The notes beneath the pieces were generated by a model. The model did not search any database and was not told where the DNA came from. It saw only the letters and a program-made list of their open reading frames with translations. The position numbers and the translations under genes are program-made. Source: a virus (taxonomy: Duplodnaviria > Caudoviricetes). From it: a stretch of 64,000 nt of DNA. Positions 29,992 to 38,595 of the stretch are shown here, in pieces; position 1 is the first letter of the stretch; every line of letters starts with the position of its first letter. The stretch covers positions 32,001 through 96,000 of the IMG/VR virus record IMGVR_UViG_3300033066_001786; one strand, 5' to 3'.

Positions 29992-31209
29992 ATGGCTGCA
30001 CCTATAACTTGCACATTTTGTTCTAAAGGTAAAAAAGAAGTAAAAAAATTATTTGCAGGTCCTACTCTAAATAAGGTAAAGATATATATCTGCAACGAAT
30101 GTATAAATTCAGCATATCAATGTGTAAATGAAATAAAACCCAAAGAAAAAAGTACAGATATTGGCGAAATAACACCCGAAACAATAAAAGCCCACTTAGA
30201 TGAATATGTGATAGGCCAGGAATCTGCAAAAAAAGTATTAAGTGTTGCAGTGTATAATCATTATAAAAGAATAAATAACCCTTCGTATAACGGGGTAGAG
30301 TTAGATAAATCAAATATTATAATGGTTGGCCCAAGTGGCACTGGAAAGACTTTATTAGTATCGACCATAGCAAAGATTTTAAACTTACCGTACGTTGTTG
30401 TAAATTCTACTTCCCTTACTGAATCGGGTTACTCCGGTAAAGATGTAGAATCTATATTTGAAAGATTATATATTTCGGCAGGTAGCGATTTAGAATTAGC
30501 ACAAAAAGGTATAGTCTTTATAGACGAGATTGACAAGAAAAGTAAGAAAGTTGTGCATGGTTCTGATTCTAGGGATGTATCCGGCGAAGGTGTACAACAA
30601 GCATTGTTACGTTTAGTCGAAGGAGAATTAGTACAAATTGAACATTCCGAATCTATGTTCGAGAATGATACTATTGATTTTAATACTAAAGATGTTTTGT
30701 TTATCGCGAGCGGGGCATTTATAGGCATAGATGAAATCATACAAAAAAGAGTACACACTGGAAATTCGATAGGTTTTGGTTCGAATTTAAAAAGTAATAA
30801 GATGTTAAATGTGTTAGAATACATCGATGCAGAAGATTTACACGAATACGGAATGATTCGAGAATTCGTAGGAAGATTTCCAATCATTGCCCCGTTGCAT
30901 GATCTAGATGTGAATTTATTATCTCAAGTTTTAACTGAAACTAAAAATTGTCTAACATTACAGTATGCGAGTTTGTTCTCGATGGACGGTGTTGATTTGA
31001 CATTTGATAAGGATTTTATTGGTAGCGTATCGCGGCAATGTATATCTAAAAAAGTAGGCGCAAGGGGTTTAAGATCTATAATGGAAAAAGTGTTACAACC
31101 TGTACAATATGAGTTACCATCCCTGAAAAAGAAAGGCATTAAAAAAATACATATAAATTCAACCGGCGAAGCAATTTGCCAAAATCAAGTAAAGGAAAAT
31201 AAGAAGTGA
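29992..31209 (+). CDS. clpX: ClpX ATPase
   Basis: Zn domain CTFC/ICNEC, GPSGTGKT, IDEIDK, RDVSGEGVQQALL, IGF loop, GARGLR. Confidence 0.96.
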   Translation: MAAPITCTFCSKGKKEVKKLFAGPTLNKVKIYICNECINSAYQCVNEIKPKEKSTDIGEITPETIKAHLDEYVIGQESAKKVLSVAVYNHYKRINNPSYNGVELDKSNIIMVGPSGTGKTLLVSTIAKILNLPYVVVNSTSLTESGYSGKDVESIFERLYISAGSDLELAQKGIVFIDEIDKKSKKVVHGSDSRDVSGEGVQQALLRLVEGELVQIEHSESMFENDTIDFNTKDVLFIASGAFIGIDEIIQKRVHTGNSIGFGSNLKSNKMLNVLEYIDAEDLHEYGMIREFVGRFPIIAPLHDLDVNLLSQVLTETKNCLTLQYASLFSMDGVDLTFDKDFIGSVSRQCISKKVGARGLRSIMEKVLQPVQYELPSLKKKGIKKIHINSTGEAICQNQVKENKK

Positions 31210-31451
31210 GTAGCGAATTTAGAAAAATGCCAGTTAGAATTTCTGGTTTAGCAGTTGAAGTAAAAAACGGTAACGTTGATAAAGCTTTGCGTTTGCTAAG
31301 TAAAAAAGTTCAAAGTTCGGGTATTTTACGCGAATACAGAGAAAGACAAGAATACGAAAAGCCCTCGGTTAAAAAAAGAAAAGCAAAAAAAGCTGCAATT
31401 AAAAAGTATGCAAAAATGCTCGAGGAAGCAAAGAATCCTACTTACGATTAA
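31206..31451 (+). CDS. rpsU: Ribosomal protein bS21
   Basis: VEVKNGNVDKALR...GILREYRERQEYEKPSVKKR. Confidence 0.88.
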   Translation: MSSEFRKMPVRISGLAVEVKNGNVDKALRLLSKKVQSSGILREYRERQEYEKPSVKKRKAKKAAIKKYAKMLEEAKNPTYD

Positions 31452-31457
31452 AACTTA

Positions 31458-31521
31458 CTTGTTATTTTATGCAAAAAAACAATAAATACTATACGGTATA
31501 TTGTTTTTGCATAAAGACAAG
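31458..31521 (+). promoter_or_regulatory. Long imperfect inverted repeat reaching the SD, enclosing late-like AATAAATA (31481-31488)
   Basis: CTTGT..TTTATGCAAAAA..CAATA pairs with TATTGTTTTTGCATAAAGACAAG. Confidence 0.7.
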
Positions 31522-31523
31522 GG

Positions 31524-31961
31524 GTGTTAGTGAGAAGAATGCTATCTTTAAATACCAAAAAAGGTATCATATCTGTAGTTACAGTATTCGTGACTGTGAT
31601 CATTCCTACCCTTTTTTTAAAGGTTCCTATGCCTGCTACCCAGAAAGATATACAAGTAGTGGAAGATAAACATGCAAAGTTATCTAAAAGGGTAGACGAA
31701 TTAAACGGCGACACTGCAAGAATATACATGATAGAAAAAGACGGTCTTACGAGACTTAGGGATTTCTATGTTGCCCAAAAAATAACAACCACAAAAGCCA
31801 TGGATAAAATTGTAAAATCTGGTGCAGATTTACCAGACGTATATCCAACTGAACTTTCCAGGATAGATAAAAATATAAAAGAAATAGATGATACTATAGT
31901 ATTTATTAATACTAATATCGAAAATATTACAATAAAGAAATTTGAAGAAAAAGATAAATAA
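31524..31961 (+). CDS. Single-TM coiled-coil protein (start may be 31530 or 31539)
   Basis: Hydrophobic IISVVTVFVTVIIPTLFL followed by coiled coil. Confidence 0.65.
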   Translation: MLVRRMLSLNTKKGIISVVTVFVTVIIPTLFLKVPMPATQKDIQVVEDKHAKLSKRVDELNGDTARIYMIEKDGLTRLRDFYVAQKITTTKAMDKIVKSGADLPDVYPTELSRIDKNIKEIDDTIVFINTNIENITIKKFEEKDK

Positions 31962-32037
31962 ATTTAAGTATTCCCAATGGCGGGAATACTTAAACTGGCA
32001 ATGGTGCCAACAAAACTCGCTTAACAAGGAGAAAAGC
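31953..32037 (+). promoter_or_regulatory. hsp20 5' UTR: GATAAATA plus a three-hairpin ROSE-like RNA thermometer
   Basis: 13-bp hairpin 31963-31994, 5-bp hairpin 31996-32009, CUC-G-CUU/AAGGAG SD hairpin 32016-32031. Confidence 0.7.
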
Positions 32038-32451
32038 ATGAGTAACAATCTACCATCTGGTCTTTCCAGATTCGCAATCGGTTTCGAACCTATATTCAGA
32101 GACATGGAACGTCTAATTAATACTAGTACGTATCCTCCCCATAACATAATTAAAATATCAGAAGACAATGTTAAAATACAAATTGCAATAGCAGGGTTTG
32201 ATAAATCGAACGTAGCTGTTATATTCGAAGAAGGTAAATTAATTGTATCTGCGGATAAACAAACAGAAGAAACAGAGGGAACGTTTGTTCATCACGGTAT
32301 TTCTACTAGGGCATTTACTAAAGAATTTAGTATTTCGGATAAGTTTGAAATTGTAGACGCAGTGATGGTTAATGGTTTACTTGACATTAACCTAAAGAAA
32401 AAAGTACCAGATCACTTAAAACGTAAAGTAATTGAAATTTCGGATTTTTAA
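32038..32451 (+). CDS. Small heat-shock protein Hsp20 (IbpA-like); true start 32038
   Basis: IGFE, YPPHNII, IAIAGF, HHGISTRAF, A.MVNGLL.I; AAGGAG SD before ATG 32038. Confidence 0.93.
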   Translation: MSNNLPSGLSRFAIGFEPIFRDMERLINTSTYPPHNIIKISEDNVKIQIAIAGFDKSNVAVIFEEGKLIVSADKQTEETEGTFVHHGISTRAFTKEFSISDKFEIVDAVMVNGLLDINLKKKVPDHLKRKVIEISDF

Positions 32452-32466
32452 GGTACAAAACAATAC

Positions 32467-32520
32467 TTGACAAATACCCTACATGGCATTATGCTGTCTA
32501 CAGTTATTTCCATGTAGGGT
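32467..32520 (+). promoter_or_regulatory. Sigma70-like promoter TTGACA-N17-TATGCT interleaved with an 11-bp perfect inverted repeat covering the clpS SD
   Basis: ACCCTACATGG (32476-32486) / CCATGTAGGGT (32510-32520). Confidence 0.75.
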
Positions 32521-32526
32521 TAAATT

Positions 32527-32838
32527 ATGTCAGCTAATTCCGATGTCGCCGAAATTGTTGCAACCAAGAAACAACAAAAAGTTAAAAAACCATCAATGTA
32601 TAATGTTATTTTACATAACGACGACAAAACTTCTTTTGAGTTTGTTATTGGAATACTAACATATGTGTTTCATAAAGACATCGAAGAAGCAGCTGAAATT
32701 ACAACTAATGTTCATATTAATGGCCAAGGTGTAGCAGGCACTTATACTCAAGAGATAGCCGAGCAAAAAGTGCAAGAAACTGTTAGTCTTGCAAAAGCAA
32801 ACGGTTTCCCGTTAGTTGCAACATGCGAGCCTAACTAA
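32527..32838 (+). CDS. clpS: ClpS N-degron adaptor
   Basis: PSMYNVILHNDDKTSFEFV...VH..G.GVAG.Y..EIAEQK...FPL. Confidence 0.95.
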   Translation: MSANSDVAEIVATKKQQKVKKPSMYNVILHNDDKTSFEFVIGILTYVFHKDIEEAAEITTNVHINGQGVAGTYTQEIAEQKVQETVSLAKANGFPLVATCEPN

Positions 32839-32845
32839 ACCAATA

Positions 32846-32918
32846 ATATAAACTCCTGTTGTTTTTGATAAATATCTGTAGTTGTTCTTCTGGTATTTAA
32901 AAACGAAGGAGTTTGTAT
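32846..32918 (+). promoter_or_regulatory. SD/AUG-sequestering hairpin with late promoter GATAAATA (32867-32874) in its 5' arm
   Basis: ATATAAACTCCT/AGGAGTTTGTAT, GTTTTT/AAAAAC and AAATATC/GGTATTT pairings. Confidence 0.75.
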
Positions 32919-33204
32919 GAGAAGGAAGTCGCACTTTAAAAATTGTAAAGAGTTTCCATCTTACCATTATGCTGTTAAATTAGGACTGCAATTAAAGGAA
33001 TTAGCAAAACAACAAGGTTTTAATCCGAAGTGCATTAAGATATTAAGTAAAGAAGAAGTGCTCGAACACGGTACTGGCCCGGCAGATGCACAGCTCATAT
33101 TCGTTGATATGCCAGACGATTGGTTAACAGAAGTGCATCTGTTGCAAGATAGTGAAATTTCTGTTATTATAGACAATAAAATTATATCGGTATTTAATGT
33201 ATGA
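32917..33204 (+). CDS. Hypothetical late protein
   Basis: AGGAG SD, late promoter. Confidence 0.65.
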   Translation: MRRKSHFKNCKEFPSYHYAVKLGLQLKELAKQQGFNPKCIKILSKEEVLEHGTGPADAQLIFVDMPDDWLTEVHLLQDSEISVIIDNKIISVFNV

Positions 33205-33503
33205 TAAATTTAAATAATTTTGGCGTAATGTATAATGCACACGATAAGACAACTGGCAATAGTGTTTCGATAAACGTGATTTATTTAGATGAAATTTTAA
33301 TGGCTTGCAACAAACACGAAGATTTTAAAAAAGGTAACTTAGATACTTTCCCGGACTGTTTTACTAAGTTAGATGTTCCTAGCCCATGTCACGTTACTTA
33401 TTATCGCAGTAAAAATCAAAGCGAGAACGAATTAATATCCGAAGCAATATCTCAGGCAATTATAGAAAAAAACAATTATGTCTTAATAGACAACATGGAT
33501 TAA
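33201..33503 (+). CDS. Hypothetical protein
   Basis: ATGA overlap. Confidence 0.6.
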   Translation: MINLNNFGVMYNAHDKTTGNSVSINVIYLDEILMACNKHEDFKKGNLDTFPDCFTKLDVPSPCHVTYYRSKNQSENELISEAISQAIIEKNNYVLIDNMD

Positions 33504-33504
33504 A

Positions 33505-35280
33505 ATGTTAGATAAAAATAATGGTATATTTTTTCTTTTAATGGTAATTTTAGTTGCTGTATTATCAAATTTTGCATCGTATTCTTTTAAATTAACTAAA
33601 CCTAAAGATACATCGTATGTTGTGTTTTTAGACGATTTAAAAAGCGCCAATATAAAAAGCGCCAACATGGTCGGTACAGAACATGTAGTTGAGTATGTTG
33701 ATAAATTCGACATTTCTAGACGTGTAGTTTTGCCAAAAGAGTCTAAAGATTACATTGATCGATTTGTAGAAAAAAGCATACCTGTAATTTTAGAAGAACC
33801 TAGTAGTAACTTAACATCTTCATTCTTTTTTAATATTTTTGCATCGTGCGTTCCTGTTATTCTTTTAGTGGGTTGTCTTTTATGGATGGCTAGAAAAAAT
33901 AGAAGTGAGCCTGGTTTTGCAAATCAATTTAGCAAATCGAAAGCAAGATTATATAAACCTGACGAATTAAAAGTGACATTAAATGATGTTGCAGGTTGTC
34001 AAGAAGATATAACAGAAATAGTTGAAATTATCGATTTCCTAAAAAATCCTAACGACTACAAAAATGCAAATGCCGAAATCCCACACGGTATTTTATTATC
34101 TGGTCCGCCGGGTGTAGGTAAAACACATATCTGTAAAGCAATTGCAGCAGAAGTAGGTGTACCTTTTTATTACGTTTCCGGTTCTGATTTTAATGAAATG
34201 TTTGTAGGTACAGGTGCAAGCAGAGTAAGGGATATGTTTGAAGATGCAAGACATAATACGCCTTGCATAATTTTTATAGATGAAATAGATTCTATCGGAT
34301 CTAAAAGGGGTACTAGTGCAAACAATAAAGAGAACGATAATACATTGAACCAGCTTTTAGTGCAAATGGATGGCTTTTCGGAATCAGAAGGTATTATAGT
34401 AATGGGTGCTACAAACAGAGTTGACACATTAGATTCTGCATTACTAAGACCTGGTAGATTTGATAGATTGATAAATGTTAGCTTGCCGGATTTTGAAGCC
34501 AGAAGAAAAATATTCGATTTGTTACTTACTAAAAAAACAATAGCAAAAAATGTAAATGTTGAAAAGTTAGCAAAAGGCACGCCTGGTTTTTCAGGAGCAG
34601 AAATATCAAATTTAGTAAATGAGGCTGCAATATTTGCAGCAAGAGAAAAAAGATCAACAATCACATCAGATGATTTAGAAAATGCAAAAGATAAAGTTGT
34701 AATGGGAATAGAAAGCCCAAAGACACTAAGCGAAAAAGAAATTACATTAACTGCGTACCACGAGTGCGGGCATGCCATAGTCGGATATCTATCACCCGAA
34801 CATGATAATGTATATAAAGTAAGCATTATTCCTAGGTCGAATTCTTTAGGTGTTACTATGTTCCTACCTGAAGAAATATCATATAGTAATAGTAAGGCTA
34901 AGTTATTAAGTGAAATTTCAGCTTTATTAGGTGGACGAGCTGCAGAAGAAATAATGTTCGGTGAAGATAAAGTAACAACTGGTGCAAGCAACGATATAGA
35001 AAGAGCAACAGCAATTGCATATTCCATGGTTACAAAATGGGGTTTAAGTGATATAGGTATTGGTTTCTTTGGAAAAATATCAAGATACGGAGAATACGAA
35101 GTGTCATCTGATATGTCTAAAAAAATAGACGAAGAAGTACAAAAGATTTTAAATATGTGTTATAATAATGCAAAAGAATTACTAAATGCTAATAAAAACA
35201 AATTAATGGAAATGTCTACTTTGCTAATAGCTAAAGAGACCTTAGTAGAAGAAGATATAAACCAATTAATGACTAATTAA
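33505..35280 (+). CDS. ftsH: FtsH membrane AAA+ metalloprotease
   Basis: Two TMs, GPPGVGKT, IDEID, ALLRPGRFDR, HECGH, GGRAAEE, TTGASND. Confidence 0.96.
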   Translation: MLDKNNGIFFLLMVILVAVLSNFASYSFKLTKPKDTSYVVFLDDLKSANIKSANMVGTEHVVEYVDKFDISRRVVLPKESKDYIDRFVEKSIPVILEEPSSNLTSSFFFNIFASCVPVILLVGCLLWMARKNRSEPGFANQFSKSKARLYKPDELKVTLNDVAGCQEDITEIVEIIDFLKNPNDYKNANAEIPHGILLSGPPGVGKTHICKAIAAEVGVPFYYVSGSDFNEMFVGTGASRVRDMFEDARHNTPCIIFIDEIDSIGSKRGTSANNKENDNTLNQLLVQMDGFSESEGIIVMGATNRVDTLDSALLRPGRFDRLINVSLPDFEARRKIFDLLLTKKTIAKNVNVEKLAKGTPGFSGAEISNLVNEAAIFAAREKRSTITSDDLENAKDKVVMGIESPKTLSEKEITLTAYHECGHAIVGYLSPEHDNVYKVSIIPRSNSLGVTMFLPEEISYSNSKAKLLSEISALLGGRAAEEIMFGEDKVTTGASNDIERATAIAYSMVTKWGLSDIGIGFFGKISRYGEYEVSSDMSKKIDEEVQKILNMCYNNAKELLNANKNKLMEMSTLLIAKETLVEEDINQLMTN

Positions 35281-35281
35281 T

Positions 35282-35545
35282 ATGCTGCCAAAAACTCCAA
35301 TTCTAGTAATAGGGGAATCTTCCTTTTATCACAGTAGGACTTATTATTTAAAAACGAACGGGACTTATTCTTTGCAAGAAATGTACCAATATACCGGTAG
35401 CAAAGTAATAGGTATTTACCCACTTAAAGAAGATTTCTTAGAAGATGCTGATGCATTAAGCAATATAATGGATTATGTAGACGAAACCGGTTGCTTCCCA
35501 AAAGGAACAACTTTATACGAAAAGCAAACAGGCGAAAAAACATGA
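35282..35545 (+). CDS. Hypothetical protein
   Basis: Coupled ORF. Confidence 0.6.
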   Translation: MLPKTPILVIGESSFYHSRTYYLKTNGTYSLQEMYQYTGSKVIGIYPLKEDFLEDADALSNIMDYVDETGCFPKGTTLYEKQTGEKT

Positions 35546-36321
35546 AGAATATTATAGTATTAGATACAGAAACAACAAATAAAGATAAAAATTTAGCAGA
35601 AGTAATAGAATTAGGAGTAGTTTACTACGACGACAACGAAATAAAAAGTTTTAATAAATTGTATAAACCAAAAGACATAATTTCACCAGAAGTTTCGGCA
35701 GTTACAAACATAACTAATAAAATGGTCGAAGATTGCGAATATTTTGAAAACTGCGTTGATGACTTAGTTCCTTTTTTACAGTTAGTAGATGCTACTAAAG
35801 GTGCAATTGTTGCACATAATTCTGCGTATGATTCTGTAGTGCTGTCCCATTACCAATTAGGTTACGATTGCAATGCACCGTGGGTATGTACAATGAGGTT
35901 TGCAAAAACACTCTTTATCAACGACGAAACGGTAACACAGTATAATTTACCATATTTGCGATATAGATTTGACTTAGACATCCCTGAAAACCTAGAACAC
36001 CATAGAGCTTCATCTGATGCATATATTACTTTGAAACTTTTTGAATATTTAGTTTCTGTTGCAATCGAAAGAAAAGTGTTAACTGCTGACGATACACTTT
36101 TAGATCAGATCGTTTCTCTTACAAGCAAACCACTGTATATGCCACGTATGCCATTTGGAAAACACGCCAACCAAACATGGGATATTATACCGCCTAGTTA
36201 TATAAAATGGGCACTAAATACTCTTGATTGTTTAAAAGACAATGACCCGTTGTACGATGTTGATTTGTCGCACACAATAGAAGTAGTAGCAACAAAATTA
36301 ATAGAGGAAGGGAAGCTTTGA
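35542..36321 (+). CDS. DEDDh 3'-5' exonuclease (ExoX/DnaQ-like); likely start 35542
   Basis: LDTETT, AHNSAYD, HRASSDA, C-terminal MPFGKH module. Confidence 0.88.
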   Translation: MKNIIVLDTETTNKDKNLAEVIELGVVYYDDNEIKSFNKLYKPKDIISPEVSAVTNITNKMVEDCEYFENCVDDLVPFLQLVDATKGAIVAHNSAYDSVVLSHYQLGYDCNAPWVCTMRFAKTLFINDETVTQYNLPYLRYRFDLDIPENLEHHRASSDAYITLKLFEYLVSVAIERKVLTADDTLLDQIVSLTSKPLYMPRMPFGKHANQTWDIIPPSYIKWALNTLDCLKDNDPLYDVDLSHTIEVVATKLIEEGKL

Positions 36322-36482
36322 AAATAAAGTATAGGATGAGATATGCGTATTTTCCAATCCGTATTTCAGGGGAATGGGTTTGGCAAATGCACTATTATGT
36401 TAGTGAAGACGGCGAGAAAATAAATCATGCACAATTCGATTTGGATGTCATACATGGAAAAGCTGAACTTATACAAGATTAA
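36318..36482 (+). CDS. Small 54-aa ORF not in the track
   Basis: TTG start overlapping the upstream TGA; MKIKYRMRYAYFPIRISGEWVWQMHYY...; fills the gap. Confidence 0.5.
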   Translation: MKIKYRMRYAYFPIRISGEWVWQMHYYVSEDGEKINHAQFDLDVIHGKAELIQD

Positions 36483-36514
36483 CCAATATGCTTTTTTATT
36501 AGAAGCACACTATG

Positions 36515-36787
36515 TTATTTTTGTTTATCAATTATGCCTGCTCTTACTTTAACATCTTGTAAGGAACGATAACCCGGTGATCCCTCTTCATATGATTTTG
36601 GAACCACTGTAAACTTATCTTTTTGTGGTGCGGGCTTTAAAAAAACAGAGGTCGAATTTGGATCTAATTTTTTGTATCTTTTTCTTTCGTTGTTAATCAT
36701 ATTGCTCAATTCTGGATTATACACATCTTCTGGTCCAAAATCGCCAAATATGTTATCGTCTTTGTATATGAATTCAAATAGTCGCAT
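36515..36787 (-). CDS. Late, apparently leaderless probable virion protein (MRLFEF)
   Basis: GATAAATA at 36793-36800 on the - strand, 5 nt before the ATG. Confidence 0.7.
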   Translation of the reverse strand: MRLFEFIYKDDNIFGDFGPEDVYNPELSNMINNERKRYKKLDPNSTSVFLKPAPQKDKFTVVPKSYEEGSPGYRSLQDVKVRAGIIDKQK

Positions 36788-36805
36788 ATTATTATTTATC
36801 AGATG

Positions 36806-36834
36806 TTGACAATATTGTTAAAATGCTATATTAT
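36806..36834 (+). promoter_or_regulatory. Sigma70-like promoter TTGACA-N17-TATTAT for clpP, back-to-back with the late promoter
   Basis: Read directly. Confidence 0.65.
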
Positions 36835-36868
36835 TAACATACTTTTGTAACTTCCCAAGGAGAAGTAT

Positions 36869-37462
36869 ATGACGTTAGTACCTATGGTAGTAGAAAACAC
36901 CGCAAGAGGAGAAAGGTCGTATGACTTGTACTCCAGAATGCTTAAAGAACGGATTATTTTCCTTAACGGCGAAGTAAACGAATCAATGGCAAATATCATA
37001 GTTGCCCAGCTTTTGTTTTTAGAATCCGAATCTGCAGAAAAAGATATTAGCATGTATATTAATTCGCCCGGCGGATCAGTAATGGACGGACTTGCAATAT
37101 ATAATGCAATGGAGTATATTTCTTGCGATGTTGCTACTTTTGTTACTGGACAAGCAATGTCTATGGGTTCTTTCCTTGCATCGTCGGGTGCAGCCGGTAA
37201 GCGGTATGTTATGTCCGAAAGTACAACAATGATTCACTCTGTTTCTTCTGGAAGTCGAGGCACAGTACATGACCAAATTATTCAACTTGAGGAAGCAAAA
37301 AGACTCAATACAAGATTAATGGAATTGTATGTCCGACATAATTCGAAAGGTAAAACCTTCGACGAACTTAACAGTGCAACTATGCGAGATAATTTCTTAA
37401 CTGCACAAGGTGCTGTTGATTTTGGTTTAGCAGATACAGTAGTATATAAAAGAAATAAATAA
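36869..37462 (+). CDS. clpP: ClpP protease
   Basis: [27 protein letters not shown] (Ser), MIH (His), RD (Asp). Confidence 0.96.
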   Translation: MTLVPMVVENTARGERSYDLYSRMLKERIIFLNGEVNESMANIIVAQLLFLESESAEKDISMYINSPGGSVMDGLAIYNAMEYISCDVATFVTGQAMSMGSFLASSGAAGKRYVMSESTTMIHSVSSGSRGTVHDQIIQLEEAKRLNTRLMELYVRHNSKGKTFDELNSATMRDNFLTAQGAVDFGLADTVVYKRNK

Positions 37463-37481
37463 AAATGAGGACACACAGCTC

Positions 37482-37730
37482 ATGGATGAGCTTTATTTAA
37501 TTAAGAACAATAATGGTCTTTTTTCCACAGGTGGTTATCACCCTACCTTTTCTAAAAAAGCAAAAGTGTATAATATTGGATCTTTGCGTCAACACCTAGC
37601 AAATATTATATCTACTGGCAAATGGCCATATGACGATTGTAATATAGTCGCATACCGCGAAAGCAGGGAAGATAATGCAGAGTTTGAAAAGTACAAGAAA
37701 AAACTTATGATGAAGAAGTTAAAACAATAG
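37482..37730 (+). CDS. Hypothetical protein
   Basis: GAGG SD; GLFSTGG..P.F motif. Confidence 0.6.
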   Translation: MDELYLIKNNNGLFSTGGYHPTFSKKAKVYNIGSLRQHLANIISTGKWPYDDCNIVAYRESREDNAEFEKYKKKLMMKKLKQ

Positions 37731-38198
37731 ATGGATGTATTAGGCGAAAAATGGTGTAGACGATTCATGAATATTGCACTTGAATCTGCTACTTGGTCAA
37801 AAGACCCTCACACTAAAACAGGCGCAGCAATAGTAACACTTGAAGGCGACCCCGTGTCTTGGGGTTTTAACGGTATACCTAAGAAAGTAGAAGACCGCGA
37901 AGAAAGATACCAACGACCTGAAAAATATAAATGGATACAGCATGCTGAACGTAATGCAATAGATTTATCAAAGTATGACTTGAAAAATTGTGTTATTTTT
38001 TGTACCCACTTCCCATGTCACGAATGTGCTAAATCTATCATACAAAAAGGTATAGTTGCAGTAGTTGTTGATTCTAAACATTTTCAAAATTCCAATTCCG
38101 GTTTTTCAGAAAGATGGGCAGAATCATTAGAAATATCAAAACAAATGCTTGAAGAAGCAAATATAAAAATAATTAAAATAGGGACAAACGATGAGTGA
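37731..38198 (+). CDS. dCMP deaminase
   Basis: SKDP.TK.GA, GFNG, HAERNAI, PCHEC. Confidence 0.93.
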   Translation: MDVLGEKWCRRFMNIALESATWSKDPHTKTGAAIVTLEGDPVSWGFNGIPKKVEDREERYQRPEKYKWIQHAERNAIDLSKYDLKNCVIFCTHFPCHECAKSIIQKGIVAVVVDSKHFQNSNSGFSERWAESLEISKQMLEEANIKIIKIGTNDE

Positions 38199-38595
38199 TT
38201 TAAATAATAAATATAATGATTTTGTAAACGGTTTACTTAGTAATGAAAGTGTAGATTTTGATTCTTTTATTTCGCGTTTAGTAGAATTAAAAAACGCAAA
38301 ATGTCAAATTAATACATTATTAACAGGTGCGGTCGGTATGTCAGCCGAATCTGGCGAATTTATGGAAATTGTTAAAAAAGTAATATTCCAAGGTAAGCCG
38401 TGGGACGAAGCAAACCAAATACATTTGAAAAAAGAATTATCAGATATTATGTTTTATGTAATGTCGTCTTGCATCGGTTTAGGTATTTCGTTAGACGACG
38501 TAATACAAACAAACATTGATAAACTTGAAGCAAGATACCCGGGTGGTAAATTTGACGCACATTATAGCGAAAATAGAAAAAAAGGAGATCTGTAA
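38191..38595 (+). CDS. mazG: MazG-like NTP pyrophosphatase
   Basis: AESGEFMEIVKK, KELSDIMFY, NIDKLEARYP. Confidence 0.9.
   Translation: MSDLNNKYNDFVNGLLSNESVDFDSFISRLVELKNAKCQINTLLTGAVGMSAESGEFMEIVKKVIFQGKPWDEANQIHLKKELSDIMFYVMSSCIGLGISLDDVIQTNIDKLEARYPGGKFDAHYSENRKKGDL

Noticed and set aside
31942-32037. N-terminal extension of Hsp20 given in the ORF track (similarly 53930, 46323, 35491, 47719)
   Set aside because: Upstream TTG starts run through promoter or UTR structure; better SD-linked starts lie downstream
34170-35027. 285-aa minus-strand ORF, plus similar ones at 50982-51569, 30429-30887 and 47070-47555(+)
   Set aside because: Antisense shadows of ftsH, clpA, clpX and phoH caused by codon bias; no SD, promoter or motifs
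36806-36821. Near-palindrome TTGACAATATTGTTAA over the clpP -35 box as an operator
   Set aside because: AT-rich, single occurrence, no second copy found at other promoters
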